64,000 bases of DNA. Origin: Acidobacteriota bacterium. Its GTDB lineage: Bacteria; Acidobacteriota; UBA890; WLXD01. The notes under the pieces were generated by a model. The model did not search any database and was not told the origin of the DNA. It saw only the letters and a list, made by a program, of their open reading frames with translations. The position numbers and the translations under genes are program-made. Numbering within the stretch: the first letter of the stretch is position 1; every line of letters starts with the position of its first letter. Where the stretch lies: assembly GCA_029263295.1 (NCBI GenBank), contig JAJCXT010000055.1, forward strand, positions 17,085-81,084, given 5' to 3'. Below, in pieces: positions 19,469 to 28,661 of this stretch.

Positions 19469-19483
19469 TTCTTGAAACAAGAA
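19469..19483. promoter_or_regulatory. Palindrome upstream of PadR/permease 3; candidate operator
   Basis: TTCTTG-AAA-CAAGAA inside an AT-rich patch, 27 nt before the PadR ATG. Confidence 0.55.
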
Positions 19484-19510
19484 TAAACCCCCTCCGTATG
19501 GAGATAGACC

Positions 19511-19849
19511 ATGACTCGTTCCGCAGCACTCAATGACGTCGAACAGTTTGTTCTACTGGCACTCTTGCGCCTCGGCGAGAACGCGTACGGGGTCCCGATC
19601 CGGGCAGAGATCGAGGAGCGAGCCGACCGCGCCATCTCGATGGCTGCCGTCTACGCAGCTCTGGACCGCATGCAGCGCGGTGGACTGATCGCAGCACAAC
19701 TTTCCGAGCCGCGCCCCGAGCGTGGCGGCCGCGCCCGCAAGCATTTTCGTTTACGTCCGGCAGGCACCCGCGCACTCGAGGACGCCCGCGGCGCGATGGA
19801 TCGCATGTGGGATGGCGTCGATCTGCCAACGGACGCGGAGGCACGGTGA
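19511..19849 (+). CDS. PadR-family regulator (class A)
   Basis: LNDVEQFVLLALLRLGENAYGVPIRAEIE...AAVYAALDRM...EPRPERGGRARKHF; GGAG SD. Confidence 0.93.
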   Translation: MTRSAALNDVEQFVLLALLRLGENAYGVPIRAEIEERADRAISMAAVYAALDRMQRGGLIAAQLSEPRPERGGRARKHFRLRPAGTRALEDARGAMDRMWDGVDLPTDAEAR

Positions 19850-22542
19850 CCGCTCGCCCACCCCGCCTCGCGTCTTGGCTGCTGCGCCGGGTTCTGGACC
19901 CGCGGCAGCGCGAGTACATCCTCGACGACCTGGCAGAGGACTACGATCGGCGCCGCCGCATGGCCGGGCTGCCGCGAACGTACTTCTGGTACTGGTCCGA
20001 AACCGTTCGCTCGATCAGGCCGAGTCTGCGCGCCCGCGCCAACAGCAACCGAAGCCGTTATCCCCACAACGGAATCAAATCGATGGACATCTTCTTCGCC
20101 GACCTGAAACAGTCTGCTCGCCGCTTGCTCAAGACACCCGCGTTTACCGTCGCCGCGGTGATCACGCTGGCGTTGGGTCTCGGCGCCAACGTCGCGATCT
20201 TCACTCTGGTCAACGGAATTGTTCTACGGCCGCTGCCGTACCCGGAGCCGGAACGCCTGGTCTCGATCCGCCATACAGCGCCCGGCCTCGGTCTTGACCT
20301 GATGGAAATGTCGATGGGCACGTACGTCCACTTCATGGCGAACGCCAACCTGGTGGAGTCTGCGGGCCTTCTGGTGAACGCCGGCGTGAACCTCACGGGC
20401 GACGGCGCCCCTGAGCGACTCGAAGGCGCGAGCGTGAACCATACCTTCCTACCGACGCTTGGCGTCAAGCCGGTGCTCGGACGCACTTTCACGGCGGAGG
20501 ACGACCGCGTCGACACGCCGTCCAACGTCATCATCAGCCATGCGCTTTGGCAGCAACGTTTCGGCGGAGATCCGGATATCGTCGGCAACCTGATCAAGCT
20601 GCAGGGGAAGACGCGCGAGATTATCGGCGTGATGCCAGAAGGGTTCGCCTACCCTTCGCGCGGCGTGTCGGTCTACTTACCGATGAAGGTGCCCGAATCG
20701 GATATTCGGTTCGGCGGCTTCTTCCGCAAGGGCATAGCCCGGCTGAAGCCGGGCGTGACTCCGGAACAGTTCGCGGCCGAACTCACGGCCCTGATCCCGT
20801 CGCTGGGCGCCGCCTATGACGTACCGGCGACGATGCTCGAGGAGGCCCAGGTCGGCGCGCTGGTCGACCCGCTCAAGGAGCGCTTTCTCGGCAACATCGA
20901 GCAGCCGCTCACGATTCTGTTCGGCACCGTCGGCTTCGTGCTCCTGATCGCCTGCGCCAACGTCGCCAATCTCTTCCTGGTACGGGCGGAGGGACGGAAC
21001 AAGGAGGTGGCCGTGCGTCGCGCTCTGGGTTCGTCGCGAGTACGGCTGAGCACGCTGTTCTTGCTCGAGGCGGTGCTGCTCGGCGGTGTGGGCGGTCTGG
21101 GCGGCCTCGCTGTGGCCTGGATCGGCGTGCGCGCGGTACAGCTATCTGGTGTGAGCCTGCCACGCATCGATCAGGTCAGCATCGACGGCCGCGTGATCCT
21201 GTTCGCTGCCGGTGCGAGCATGCTGTCGACGCTGTTGTTCGGGGCAATCCCTGCGCTTCGTCTGGCCCGGCGCGACCTGGATCGAGCCCTGAACGACGAG
21301 AGCCGTGGCACCACGCTGAGCCGCGGTCGCCACCGCGCCCGCAACCTGCTGGTCGGCGCGCAGATCGCGCTGGCGTTGATGCTCCTCGTCGGCTCGGCCT
21401 TGATGGCACAGAGTTCCTGGCGCCTCGCCAACGTCGACCCCGGCTATCGAACTGAGAACCTGCTCACCGCCCAGGTACTACTTCCCGGCGCAGACTACCC
21501 GACCGAGGAGGACGTAGTCGCCTTCTACAGCCAGGTGGTTGAGCGAGTGGAAGCCATCCCCGCTGTTGTCTCGGCGGCTGCCAGCAGCGAGGTGCCTCTG
21601 CATCCGGGCCAGGGACGCTGGGACGCGCTGTATGTCGAGGGTGCCGCCCTCGATCCCAACACCCTGCCGCCCGTGGTGATCTTCCGCTACGTGACCGCGG
21701 GGTATTTCAACACGCTCGGCATTCCGCTCGTGCGGGGCCGCGGCTTCGTGCCCACCGACGCGGTCGAAGGTAACGCTGCGGCGCTAGTCAGCGAATCGAT
21801 CGCACGCGACTTCTGGCCCGATGGCCCCGCCCTCGGCGGCCGCGCCTGGCAAGACGTGCCCCCCGACGAAGAGCCGATGCCGCACTACACCGTGGCCGGC
21901 ATCGTGGGTGACACGCTCGATCAGGATCTCGCCGACGAGCCGACATCGATCCTCTACTACCCGGTTCTGGAACAGGGCGCCGGCAACCTGCACTGGGTGC
22001 CCTCGCAGCTGACCGTGATCGCCCGCACCGACGGCGATGCGCTGGCGCAGGCCGAGGCCCTCCGCCGCGCGATCTGGTCGCTCGACTCGAATCTGCCGAT
22101 CGCCAACATCCGCACGATCGCCTCGATTGTGAACGAATCGACGCTGAACACCCGGTTCACCATGACCCTCCTGGTGCTGGCGGCCGGAATCGCGCTCTTC
22201 CTCGGCGGCATCGGCCTGTACGGAACGATCTCGTACATCGTCAGTCAACGGACCCGTGAAATTGGCGTGCGCATGGCGCTGGGCGCGGCCCGGAACGACG
22301 TAGCCAACATGGTCCTGCGGCAGGGCAGTCGCGTCGCGGTCATGGGTCTGAGCGTCGGGATGGTGGCCGCACTTGCGCTGGCCCGGGTTCTCGACAGCCT
22401 CCTGTACGAGATCAGCTCGACCGACCCTGCAACCTACATCGCGATGGCGGCCCTGCTCCTGGTCGTCGCGACGCTGGCCACCTATATCCCCGCCCGCCGG
22501 GCGGCCCGGCTCGACCCCTTGGAGGGGTTGCGTGCCGAGTAG
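19846..22542 (+). CDS. ADOP-type duplicated ABC permease #3, with a PPRLA-type prefix
   Basis: GTGA overlap with the PadR stop; LGLGANVAIFT, LLIACANVANLFL, GLYGTISY..REIGVRMALGA, PARRAARLDP. Confidence 0.93.
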   Translation: MTARPPRLASWLLRRVLDPRQREYILDDLAEDYDRRRRMAGLPRTYFWYWSETVRSIRPSLRARANSNRSRYPHNGIKSMDIFFADLKQSARRLLKTPAFTVAAVITLALGLGANVAIFTLVNGIVLRPLPYPEPERLVSIRHTAPGLGLDLMEMSMGTYVHFMANANLVESAGLLVNAGVNLTGDGAPERLEGASVNHTFLPTLGVKPVLGRTFTAEDDRVDTPSNVIISHALWQQRFGGDPDIVGNLIKLQGKTREIIGVMPEGFAYPSRGVSVYLPMKVPESDIRFGGFFRKGIARLKPGVTPEQFAAELTALIPSLGAAYDVPATMLEEAQVGALVDPLKERFLGNIEQPLTILFGTVGFVLLIACANVANLFLVRAEGRNKEVAVRRALGSSRVRLSTLFLLEAVLLGGVGGLGGLAVAWIGVRAVQLSGVSLPRIDQVSIDGRVILFAAGASMLSTLLFGAIPALRLARRDLDRALNDESRGTTLSRGRHRARNLLVGAQIALALMLLVGSALMAQSSWRLANVDPGYRTENLLTAQVLLPGADYPTEEDVVAFYSQVVERVEAIPAVVSAAASSEVPLHPGQGRWDALYVEGAALDPNTLPPVVIFRYVTAGYFNTLGIPLVRGRGFVPTDAVEGNAAALVSESIARDFWPDGPALGGRAWQDVPPDEEPMPHYTVAGIVGDTLDQDLADEPTSILYYPVLEQGAGNLHWVPSQLTVIARTDGDALAQAEALRRAIWSLDSNLPIANIRTIASIVNESTLNTRFTMTLLVLAAGIALFLGGIGLYGTISYIVSQRTREIGVRMALGAARNDVANMVLRQGSRVAVMGLSVGMVAALALARVLDSLLYEISSTDPATYIAMAALLLVVATLATYIPARRAARLDPLEGLRAE

Positions 22543-22564
22543 CCCGTTACGAGCGTTGCGAACG

Positions 22565-22879
22565 TCAGTCCTTGGACGAGTCCATGAGCGACTTCAGCGC
22601 CACCACTAGCGCGGCAGGCCCGACGAACGCTGCTAGATTCGAGGCGATCCCACTGATCGCCCGTCCGATCTCGGGCAGCCCGCCGAGCGACGACGACGTC
22701 ATCATCAACGCTATCGCGGCAATGAGAAATCCGCCGCTTTCCTCATCGGTGATGTTCATGAAGCCGACGATCAATCCGAGGACCGCCAGGATCAGGTAGC
22801 CATTCGGAACGCTCGCGAACGCCATGATCACGGCGATGGCAACGCCACCCATGAACGCATACTTGCCGATGTTTCCCAC
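22565..22879 (-). CDS. Small hydrophobic membrane protein of unknown function (about 104 aa, about 4 TM)
   Basis: GGAGG SD 5 nt before GTG 22879; motif LGLIVGFMNITDEE..FLIAAIAL...FVGPAALVVALK. Confidence 0.8.
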   Translation of the reverse strand: MGNIGKYAFMGGVAIAVIMAFASVPNGYLILAVLGLIVGFMNITDEESGGFLIAAIALMMTSSSLGGLPEIGRAISGIASNLAAFVGPAALVVALKSLMDSSKD

Positions 22880-23187
22880 ACACACCTCCAGGTTGGGGAG
22901 CTTGGACGTGGCCGGTGTTTACCGCGATCGTCGGAACAGCACAACCGCGAATCTCAATGGGCTCGCTCGGTGAGGCGAGTACCCGACCGTCGGGGAGCCT
23001 GGCGAAAGCCGGTCCGCAGCTATCCGATACGGTCTACCCATCCGACCTCGAGAGCGGGGGTTGAAGTTGTCGGACTGGACATTCGTCTTCGGTGTTGGAT
23101 ATATTCATGTCCGAAGATTTCAGAGCGTGGGTGCCACCGTCCCGGTCCTCTGAGAAATTGCTGCAAATCCCTCAACCGGAAGCACCC

Positions 23188-24561
23188 ATGTCCGCACATT
23201 CGAATAGACGGTTTCTTGCGCCCGCCGTCGCCCTCGTACTCCTGATCTGCGCCGCGAGCCCTACCGCCGCGCAGGAAGCGTCGGACGCGCAGGAGCGCAT
23301 CGCGATCGCCTGGGTCGACGCCTTTAACGGCGGCATTGACGCCATGGCCACGTTCCGTGCCAGCCACGTCGGCGAGCCCGACAGGGCCGGCTGGCGCGAC
23401 CAGTTCGGGACGATGCGCGAGAGCCTCGGCCAACTCGAAGTCGGCGGCATCATGATCGACCAGATGAACGAGGTCATCCTCGGCCTCGGGTCCGAGAACG
23501 AAGGGCGCATGCGTTTGGTCTTCGTGTTCAACGATGCCAACAAACTCGTGAGTCTGCGGCGCGGCGAAGGCGGCAACAACGCCGTGCCGCCGCTCGAGTT
23601 GCCGGAAGACGTCGACGACCTGGACGAACGCATCGATGCGTACCTGAAGCAACTGGAAGCCGACGGCCTGCTCTCGGGCTCGGTGCTACTCGCCCGCGAT
23701 GGAAAGATCTTCTTCGAGCGCGCCTACGGCCTCGCCTCGCGTGAGTTCAACGTGCCCAACAACATCGACACGCGGTTCGATGTTGGCTCCTTCAACAAGG
23801 ACTACACCCGGCTGGCGATCATGCAGTTGCTGCAGGGCGACCGCCTCGCGCTCACCGACAAGGTCGGCGAATACCTGCCCAACTACCCGAACGATCGCGT
23901 CCGCGACGAGGTCACGATCGAGCAACTGCTCGACCACACTTCCGGGCTCGGTGACTACTTCACGCCGGAATACCTAGAGACCCCCATGGGCAGCCTGTGG
24001 GAGATCGACGACTACATTCCGATCTGGGGCCCCAAGCCGCTCGAGTACGAGCCCGGCACGCGCAAGCAGTACTCCAACTTCGGTTACACGATTCTGGGCG
24101 CCATCCTCGAGAGCATTGCCGGTGTGAGTTATCCCGAGTACGTCGAAGAGAACGTGTTCAAGCCCGCGGGGATGGACGCCACCGGGTTCTTCTCGACCGA
24201 TGGCATCGAACCCAACGTCGCGGTCGGGTACACCACCATGGACCGCATGGGTCGGCCCGGCGACAGGGTGCGCAAGAACATCTATCACGAGCCGGTCGTA
24301 GGCGGCCCGTGGGGTAAGAGCTACTCGACGGCGCGCGATCTGTTCCGTTTCTTCGAGGCGCTGTTCGCCGGCAAGCTGATCGGCGACGATCTCAACTGGC
24401 TGCCGTCCGGCTGGAACGGTGGCATGGGACTCGCTGGGGGAGGGCCAGGTCTCAGCGCGGTTCTCCTCGTCGATGACGGCGTAGCGGTGATCGTGCTGGC
24501 CAACCATGACGAGCCCGGGGCCGAGGGCGTCGGAAGGCGCCTGTTGGACGCCATTCGTTAG
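23188..24561 (+). CDS. Exported serine hydrolase, beta-lactamase class C / AmpC-like family
   Basis: Signal peptide; SxxK (GSFNK), LLDHTSGL, YSN triad (YSNFGY), PAGM. Confidence 0.9.
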   Translation: MSAHSNRRFLAPAVALVLLICAASPTAAQEASDAQERIAIAWVDAFNGGIDAMATFRASHVGEPDRAGWRDQFGTMRESLGQLEVGGIMIDQMNEVILGLGSENEGRMRLVFVFNDANKLVSLRRGEGGNNAVPPLELPEDVDDLDERIDAYLKQLEADGLLSGSVLLARDGKIFFERAYGLASREFNVPNNIDTRFDVGSFNKDYTRLAIMQLLQGDRLALTDKVGEYLPNYPNDRVRDEVTIEQLLDHTSGLGDYFTPEYLETPMGSLWEIDDYIPIWGPKPLEYEPGTRKQYSNFGYTILGAILESIAGVSYPEYVEENVFKPAGMDATGFFSTDGIEPNVAVGYTTMDRMGRPGDRVRKNIYHEPVVGGPWGKSYSTARDLFRFFEALFAGKLIGDDLNWLPSGWNGGMGLAGGGPGLSAVLLVDDGVAVIVLANHDEPGAEGVGRRLLDAIR

Positions 24562-24580
24562 GAGCCAGAGGCCCGCGGGG

Positions 24581-25738
24581 TCAACGCCCGTCGTGGCCGT
24601 GGCGCTCGTAGTGCTGGCGTAGCAGGTCCTTGCCGTAGTCGTTACCGTTCGGCGTGCGTACCACCGTGTGGATGTGGTTGCGCGTTGCGCCATCGGTGTC
24701 GAGCGCGATCCCTCCCTGGTGGTCGAACTCGATCAGGATGACCGGACTGTGGACGCGGTAGTAGAAGACAGAGTCGTCGCCGGTCGCGCCCATCCAGGCA
24801 AAGTGTGTGTCGTCGAGATGCTCACGCACCTCCATCATCTTGATGGCAGCGTGGCCGTCGTCCATGTTGCCGACGTACTCATTGATGAGGTCTAACAACA
24901 TCGCCGTCTGAGGCGCGTCGAGATCTGCGGCGCAAATGCCCTCGTAGTTCATCTCGAAGTTGTCGCGGAACGCGGCGGTGTAGATGCCGCGGGGCACGAC
25001 ATCGGACAGGATCGCACTCGCTCGCTGTTCGACGGTGAGCGCCTGCGCGAGCGCCAGACCCTTGGTCTGCTCGTGTTCGAAGACCCGAGTACCGGCGTAC
25101 TTGCCAGTTTCGGCCACGACGGGCTCCGACCCCATGAAGGTCGGCGTCATCACCACCTGATCGCCGAGCACAAAGTAGTTGATTACCAGATGGTGGCCAT
25201 CGAGCTGCCAACCCCACGGCTCTACCTCTGAAGGGGTGCCCATCACCGTGAAGTGATAGAGGCCCTCGCCGTACTCATCCCAGCGCTCCGTCAACTCGCG
25301 GACTGTCTGGTTGAGCCGCATGATGTCGCGCGCGTTGGCAAAGCCGCGGGCGCTAAGGCTGGCCCGGAGGAGATCCAGGGCCGCTGCCTCCTGTTCATCG
25401 CTCATCTGCCAGCGAGCAACGCCCTGGCGCTTGTAGCGGTGGACGTTGTGCCAGTCGCGCCACTCGATGCTGTCGGCCTCGAAACTGGTGGCGGCGTGCT
25501 GTTGTTCGTCGAGGCTATCGAGAAAGGTTCGCGCTGCGCCGACCACCGCTGCGGTGGAGACGCCTGTGGCGCTAATCTCGAACAGGCCAGCCTCGAGGTT
25601 GCCACCGCGCGTGACGCCCACAAAAGGCTCGGCCAGCGCGTCGGCGGCGCTGCGACGCTGCGCATCCACCGCGAGACCGGCGATCGCGAACATGCTTACG
25701 ACGCTCGCTGCCAGCACCAGGATCTTCTTCGAAAACAT
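24581..25738 (-). CDS. DUF3500-family exported protein
   Basis: WGWQLDGHHLVIN, TPTFMGSEP, YYRVHSPVILIEFDHQ, NHIHTVVRTPNGNDYG; signal peptide. Confidence 0.8.
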   Translation of the reverse strand: MFSKKILVLAASVVSMFAIAGLAVDAQRRSAADALAEPFVGVTRGGNLEAGLFEISATGVSTAAVVGAARTFLDSLDEQQHAATSFEADSIEWRDWHNVHRYKRQGVARWQMSDEQEAAALDLLRASLSARGFANARDIMRLNQTVRELTERWDEYGEGLYHFTVMGTPSEVEPWGWQLDGHHLVINYFVLGDQVVMTPTFMGSEPVVAETGKYAGTRVFEHEQTKGLALAQALTVEQRASAILSDVVPRGIYTAAFRDNFEMNYEGICAADLDAPQTAMLLDLINEYVGNMDDGHAAIKMMEVREHLDDTHFAWMGATGDDSVFYYRVHSPVILIEFDHQGGIALDTDGATRNHIHTVVRTPNGNDYGKDLLRQHYERHGHDGR

Positions 25739-25774
25739 CGCATCCCCCAGGGGAAAAAGGACGCGGCGACCGTA

Positions 25775-26836
25775 TCACGCGCGCCTATCCTGGAGGCGGA
25801 GCCAGGCTCCCCAGAGCTCCGCGTCGGTGAGATCCCCCAGGCAGAAGTTGTCTCGGCACGCATTGTATCGAGGGGTCTCGTGGCAGAACTGGCATGGAGC
25901 GTTGCCCAAGAGAACTTCGATGGGCCCGTCACCGCGAGGACGAAACACCGCGGGATCCGTGGGACCGAAGAACACCAGTAGCGGACATCCAACCGCAGCG
26001 GCGATGTGCGCTGGCCCGGTGTCGACCGACACCAGCGCCTCGAGCTGCGTCAGAACGGCAGGCAGGAGCGACAACCCGACGCTGGTGAGATCATGGCAAC
26101 GACTTCGCACCGACGAAGGCAACCTACTGAGCACCGCCCGCACCGCCGACTGTTCGCGCGGGCTGCCATGGAACACGACCCCGTCGGCTTGGCCGTCATC
26201 GAGCAGGCGCCGCACCAGGGCGACCCACTGCTCGTTCGACAGCGCCTTGAGATGGGGACGCGGTATCAGCGGCCAGACAGCGTTCGTGCGCTGGCTGCCC
26301 ATCTGCACCCCGACGACACGGTCGCCAATGGCGGCAACTCGCGCGCGCGCCTCCTCGCGCGCCGCAGCCGAGATCTCGAGAACGGGGTACTGCTCGTAGG
26401 AGTCCATATCGCAGCCAGCGCTCGCGGCGGCTTGCCGGTACCAGTCTGAGGCGTGGGCGCCAGGTTCCTGGGTACGAGGCATCTCCTCGACACGCCCCGG
26501 AAATAATTCGCTCAGCCAACTCTTGATGACGCCGCGCTCGGTCTCGTAGATGAGCACGCGGTCGAAGGCGACCTGGCGCAACTCGCGGCCCAGCGCTCGC
26601 CGATGGCCACCGAGAATAAACTTGCCCAGGCCGGATCTGCCGCGGTTGGGGTAGTCCAAGGCGAAGACGCGCTTGACCCACGACTGGCCCGCGAGCAGCT
26701 CGGGACCGAAGGGCCGAGTCAGGAGCGACAGCCGGGTGTCGTGGGCGAGCGCCCGGAACAAGGGGGCGCTCAGAGTCAGGTCGCCCACCCGGTTGAACAC
26801 GGCCAGGAGTGTCTGGGTCTCGCTCGGCATCGACAT
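25775..26836 (-). CDS. Glycosyltransferase family 9 (heptosyltransferase-like)
   Basis: RVGDLTLSAPLFRAL N-terminal motif; VSVDTGPAHIAAAVG.P...FGPT; C-terminal Cys cluster PCQFC...C....C. Confidence 0.88.
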   Translation of the reverse strand: MSMPSETQTLLAVFNRVGDLTLSAPLFRALAHDTRLSLLTRPFGPELLAGQSWVKRVFALDYPNRGRSGLGKFILGGHRRALGRELRQVAFDRVLIYETERGVIKSWLSELFPGRVEEMPRTQEPGAHASDWYRQAAASAGCDMDSYEQYPVLEISAAAREEARARVAAIGDRVVGVQMGSQRTNAVWPLIPRPHLKALSNEQWVALVRRLLDDGQADGVVFHGSPREQSAVRAVLSRLPSSVRSRCHDLTSVGLSLLPAVLTQLEALVSVDTGPAHIAAAVGCPLLVFFGPTDPAVFRPRGDGPIEVLLGNAPCQFCHETPRYNACRDNFCLGDLTDAELWGAWLRLQDRRA

Positions 26837-26901
26837 GGACGCCATTCTAGGCTTCACAGCCCGCGGCAGAAGTCGCAGCAGCTACCCGACGACTCGCAAC
26901 A

Positions 26902-28392
26902 TCAGCGGCCCGACGCTGCCGCGGCCTGTAGGCCGCGCACGGACAGCGTACGTCCGGGAGTACGTTCAGTCGCGCGCGTGAAGGCCTCGTGGGCGCCATC
27001 GTACCGATCGAGCCCGAGCAACTCCTCACCGAGCAACTCGAAGGTCGGCTTGACGATCGCCGGCGGCCCGAAGGCGAATGGCATCGAGTCTTCCAGCTCC
27101 GCCGCCGACCGCAGCAACTCGATCCCCTCGGGGCTGCGACCCTCGTGCAGCGCGAGCATTCCTCGCAACTCCGCCACGTACACTCGACTGCTATCGTCGT
27201 CCGGCTCGCCGACGCCGGCCAGGAAGGCGCGAGCCTGTGCCGCGTCGCCTTGCTTCAAGGTCGCGAATGCGTTGGTGAAGCCATTAACGAAGGCGGCCCG
27301 AGCGCGCCCATTCTCGCCCGCCAAGTCGGCCGGCCAGCGGTCGGCCAGGCTCCAGTCCTCCGTATCGAAGATCTGGCGGGCCCGCATGCCAGCGAAATAC
27401 GTCCGCTCACCGGGCGTCGGATCCTCCGACATGCGTTCATGGCAGCGGTCCATCATCGCCTCGGCCTCTGCCGCGTCGCCAAGCATCAGGCGACCGTAGT
27501 GGAGCCACGACGAGTAGTGGCCGCAGACGTTCGCGGGCTCGCCCCGATCGGCCAGCTGCCCATCCTGGACGCCGCTCGCCCGGATATTGCCGCTGACCAC
27601 ATCGTCCCACATGCCCATGGCGACGAAGATGTGCGTCGTCATGTGCTGCGCGTGCGACGCGCCCGGCGCGATTTCCGAGTACAGGCGGGCGGCGGGAAGG
27701 CCGAGCGGCGCGTGCACGGGATCGTCAAACGAGTGAATCAGGTAGTGCGCCGCTCCCGGATGGTCAGGGTTGGCGTCGAACACCACCTGAGCGGTCGCGG
27801 CGCCCCGCATGTACGTCGCGAAGTCGCGACTGCCATCCTTGCTGCCGAGAATCGACAGGGCGAAGAAGGCGAGCGCCTCGTGGTCATCCGGGTAGGCCTC
27901 GCTCAAGCGCCGCATGGCCCCCATGTACGCATGATCTTGCGCCACCTTGTCGCCGCGCCCGTACAGCACCTCTAGAGCTTCGAGATACATGCGCTCGCGT
28001 TCGGAGGGTGCCTTCGCCAGCCGCTCTTCGGTGGTCGCAGCGTAGCGGCCGAGCACCTCCTGGGCAGCGGCGACATCCTTCTGGCGCCACAGCGGGTGGT
28101 TGTAGCTCATCGCCTCGCCCCAGTAGGCAAGGGCGAAGTCCGGGTCGAGCTCCTGCGCCCGCCGAAAGGCCTCCGCGGACGACTCGAATTCGAAACTGTG
28201 CAGCAGCAGGACGCCGCGGTGGAAGGCCTCCTGGGCATCGTCTGCACCCGAGTTCGGAAACGAGAGACTGCCGAGCCCCTCGATATGGGTCAGACGAACG
28301 GCATCGCTGGCAGATTCCGAGGCGGACGGCGCGCAGGCTACCGAGATGACCAGCAGTAGAACAAGCGCAGTCGCGCGGAGGTGTGCAGACAT
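26902..28392 (-). CDS. TPR-like helical repeat lipoprotein with conserved-looking His motifs
   Basis: Lipobox SVAC; AQEAFHRGVLLLHSFEF..DPDFALAYWGEAMS; HPGAAHYLIH; HAQHMTTHIF; GGAGG SD. Confidence 0.8.
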   Translation of the reverse strand: MSAHLRATALVLLLVISVACAPSASESASDAVRLTHIEGLGSLSFPNSGADDAQEAFHRGVLLLHSFEFESSAEAFRRAQELDPDFALAYWGEAMSYNHPLWRQKDVAAAQEVLGRYAATTEERLAKAPSERERMYLEALEVLYGRGDKVAQDHAYMGAMRRLSEAYPDDHEALAFFALSILGSKDGSRDFATYMRGAATAQVVFDANPDHPGAAHYLIHSFDDPVHAPLGLPAARLYSEIAPGASHAQHMTTHIFVAMGMWDDVVSGNIRASGVQDGQLADRGEPANVCGHYSSWLHYGRLMLGDAAEAEAMMDRCHERMSEDPTPGERTYFAGMRARQIFDTEDWSLADRWPADLAGENGRARAAFVNGFTNAFATLKQGDAAQARAFLAGVGEPDDDSSRVYVAELRGMLALHEGRSPEGIELLRSAAELEDSMPFAFGPPAIVKPTFELLGEELLGLDRYDGAHEAFTRATERTPGRTLSVRGLQAAAASGR

Positions 28393-28544
28393 GGGGCCTC
28401 CAGGGGATTTCACGGATCGAGAGCAAGGCGCCGATCTTACCGGGCCTCGACCCCTGGCCCAAGGGCCCTCACCGCAGCGATGCCATCGGACTCACTCTGG
28501 CGGTCCAGGACGTGAGCACCTGTACCGCGCCGTGACATCAGTCT

Positions 28545-28593
28545 TTGACGCCCTCAACGGTGATTGGTACTGTTCCTTAGACAAACTAAGGAA
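28545..28593 (+). promoter_or_regulatory. Sigma70-type promoter plus overlapping palindromic operator for the amidohydrolase gene
   Basis: TTGACG (28545-28550)-N17-TACTGT (28568-28573) with extended TG, followed by TTCCTTAG-ACAAA-CTAAGGAA (28573-28593). Confidence 0.65.
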
Positions 28594-28661
28594 AACGCGA
28601 TTCGGCATCTCACCGTCGCCGCGGGCAGTTCAACAATCCTCTCCCCTTTTCGAAAAGACTC

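Noticed and set aside
19351..19635. Extended N-terminus of the MBL hydrolase overlapping PadR
   Set aside because: The Tat motif and SD + TTG at 19350 indicate a later start.
18358..24561. Antibiotic-resistance call for the MBL-fold and beta-lactamase-family genes
   Set aside because: The motifs support only superfamily membership; most such proteins are other hydrolases.
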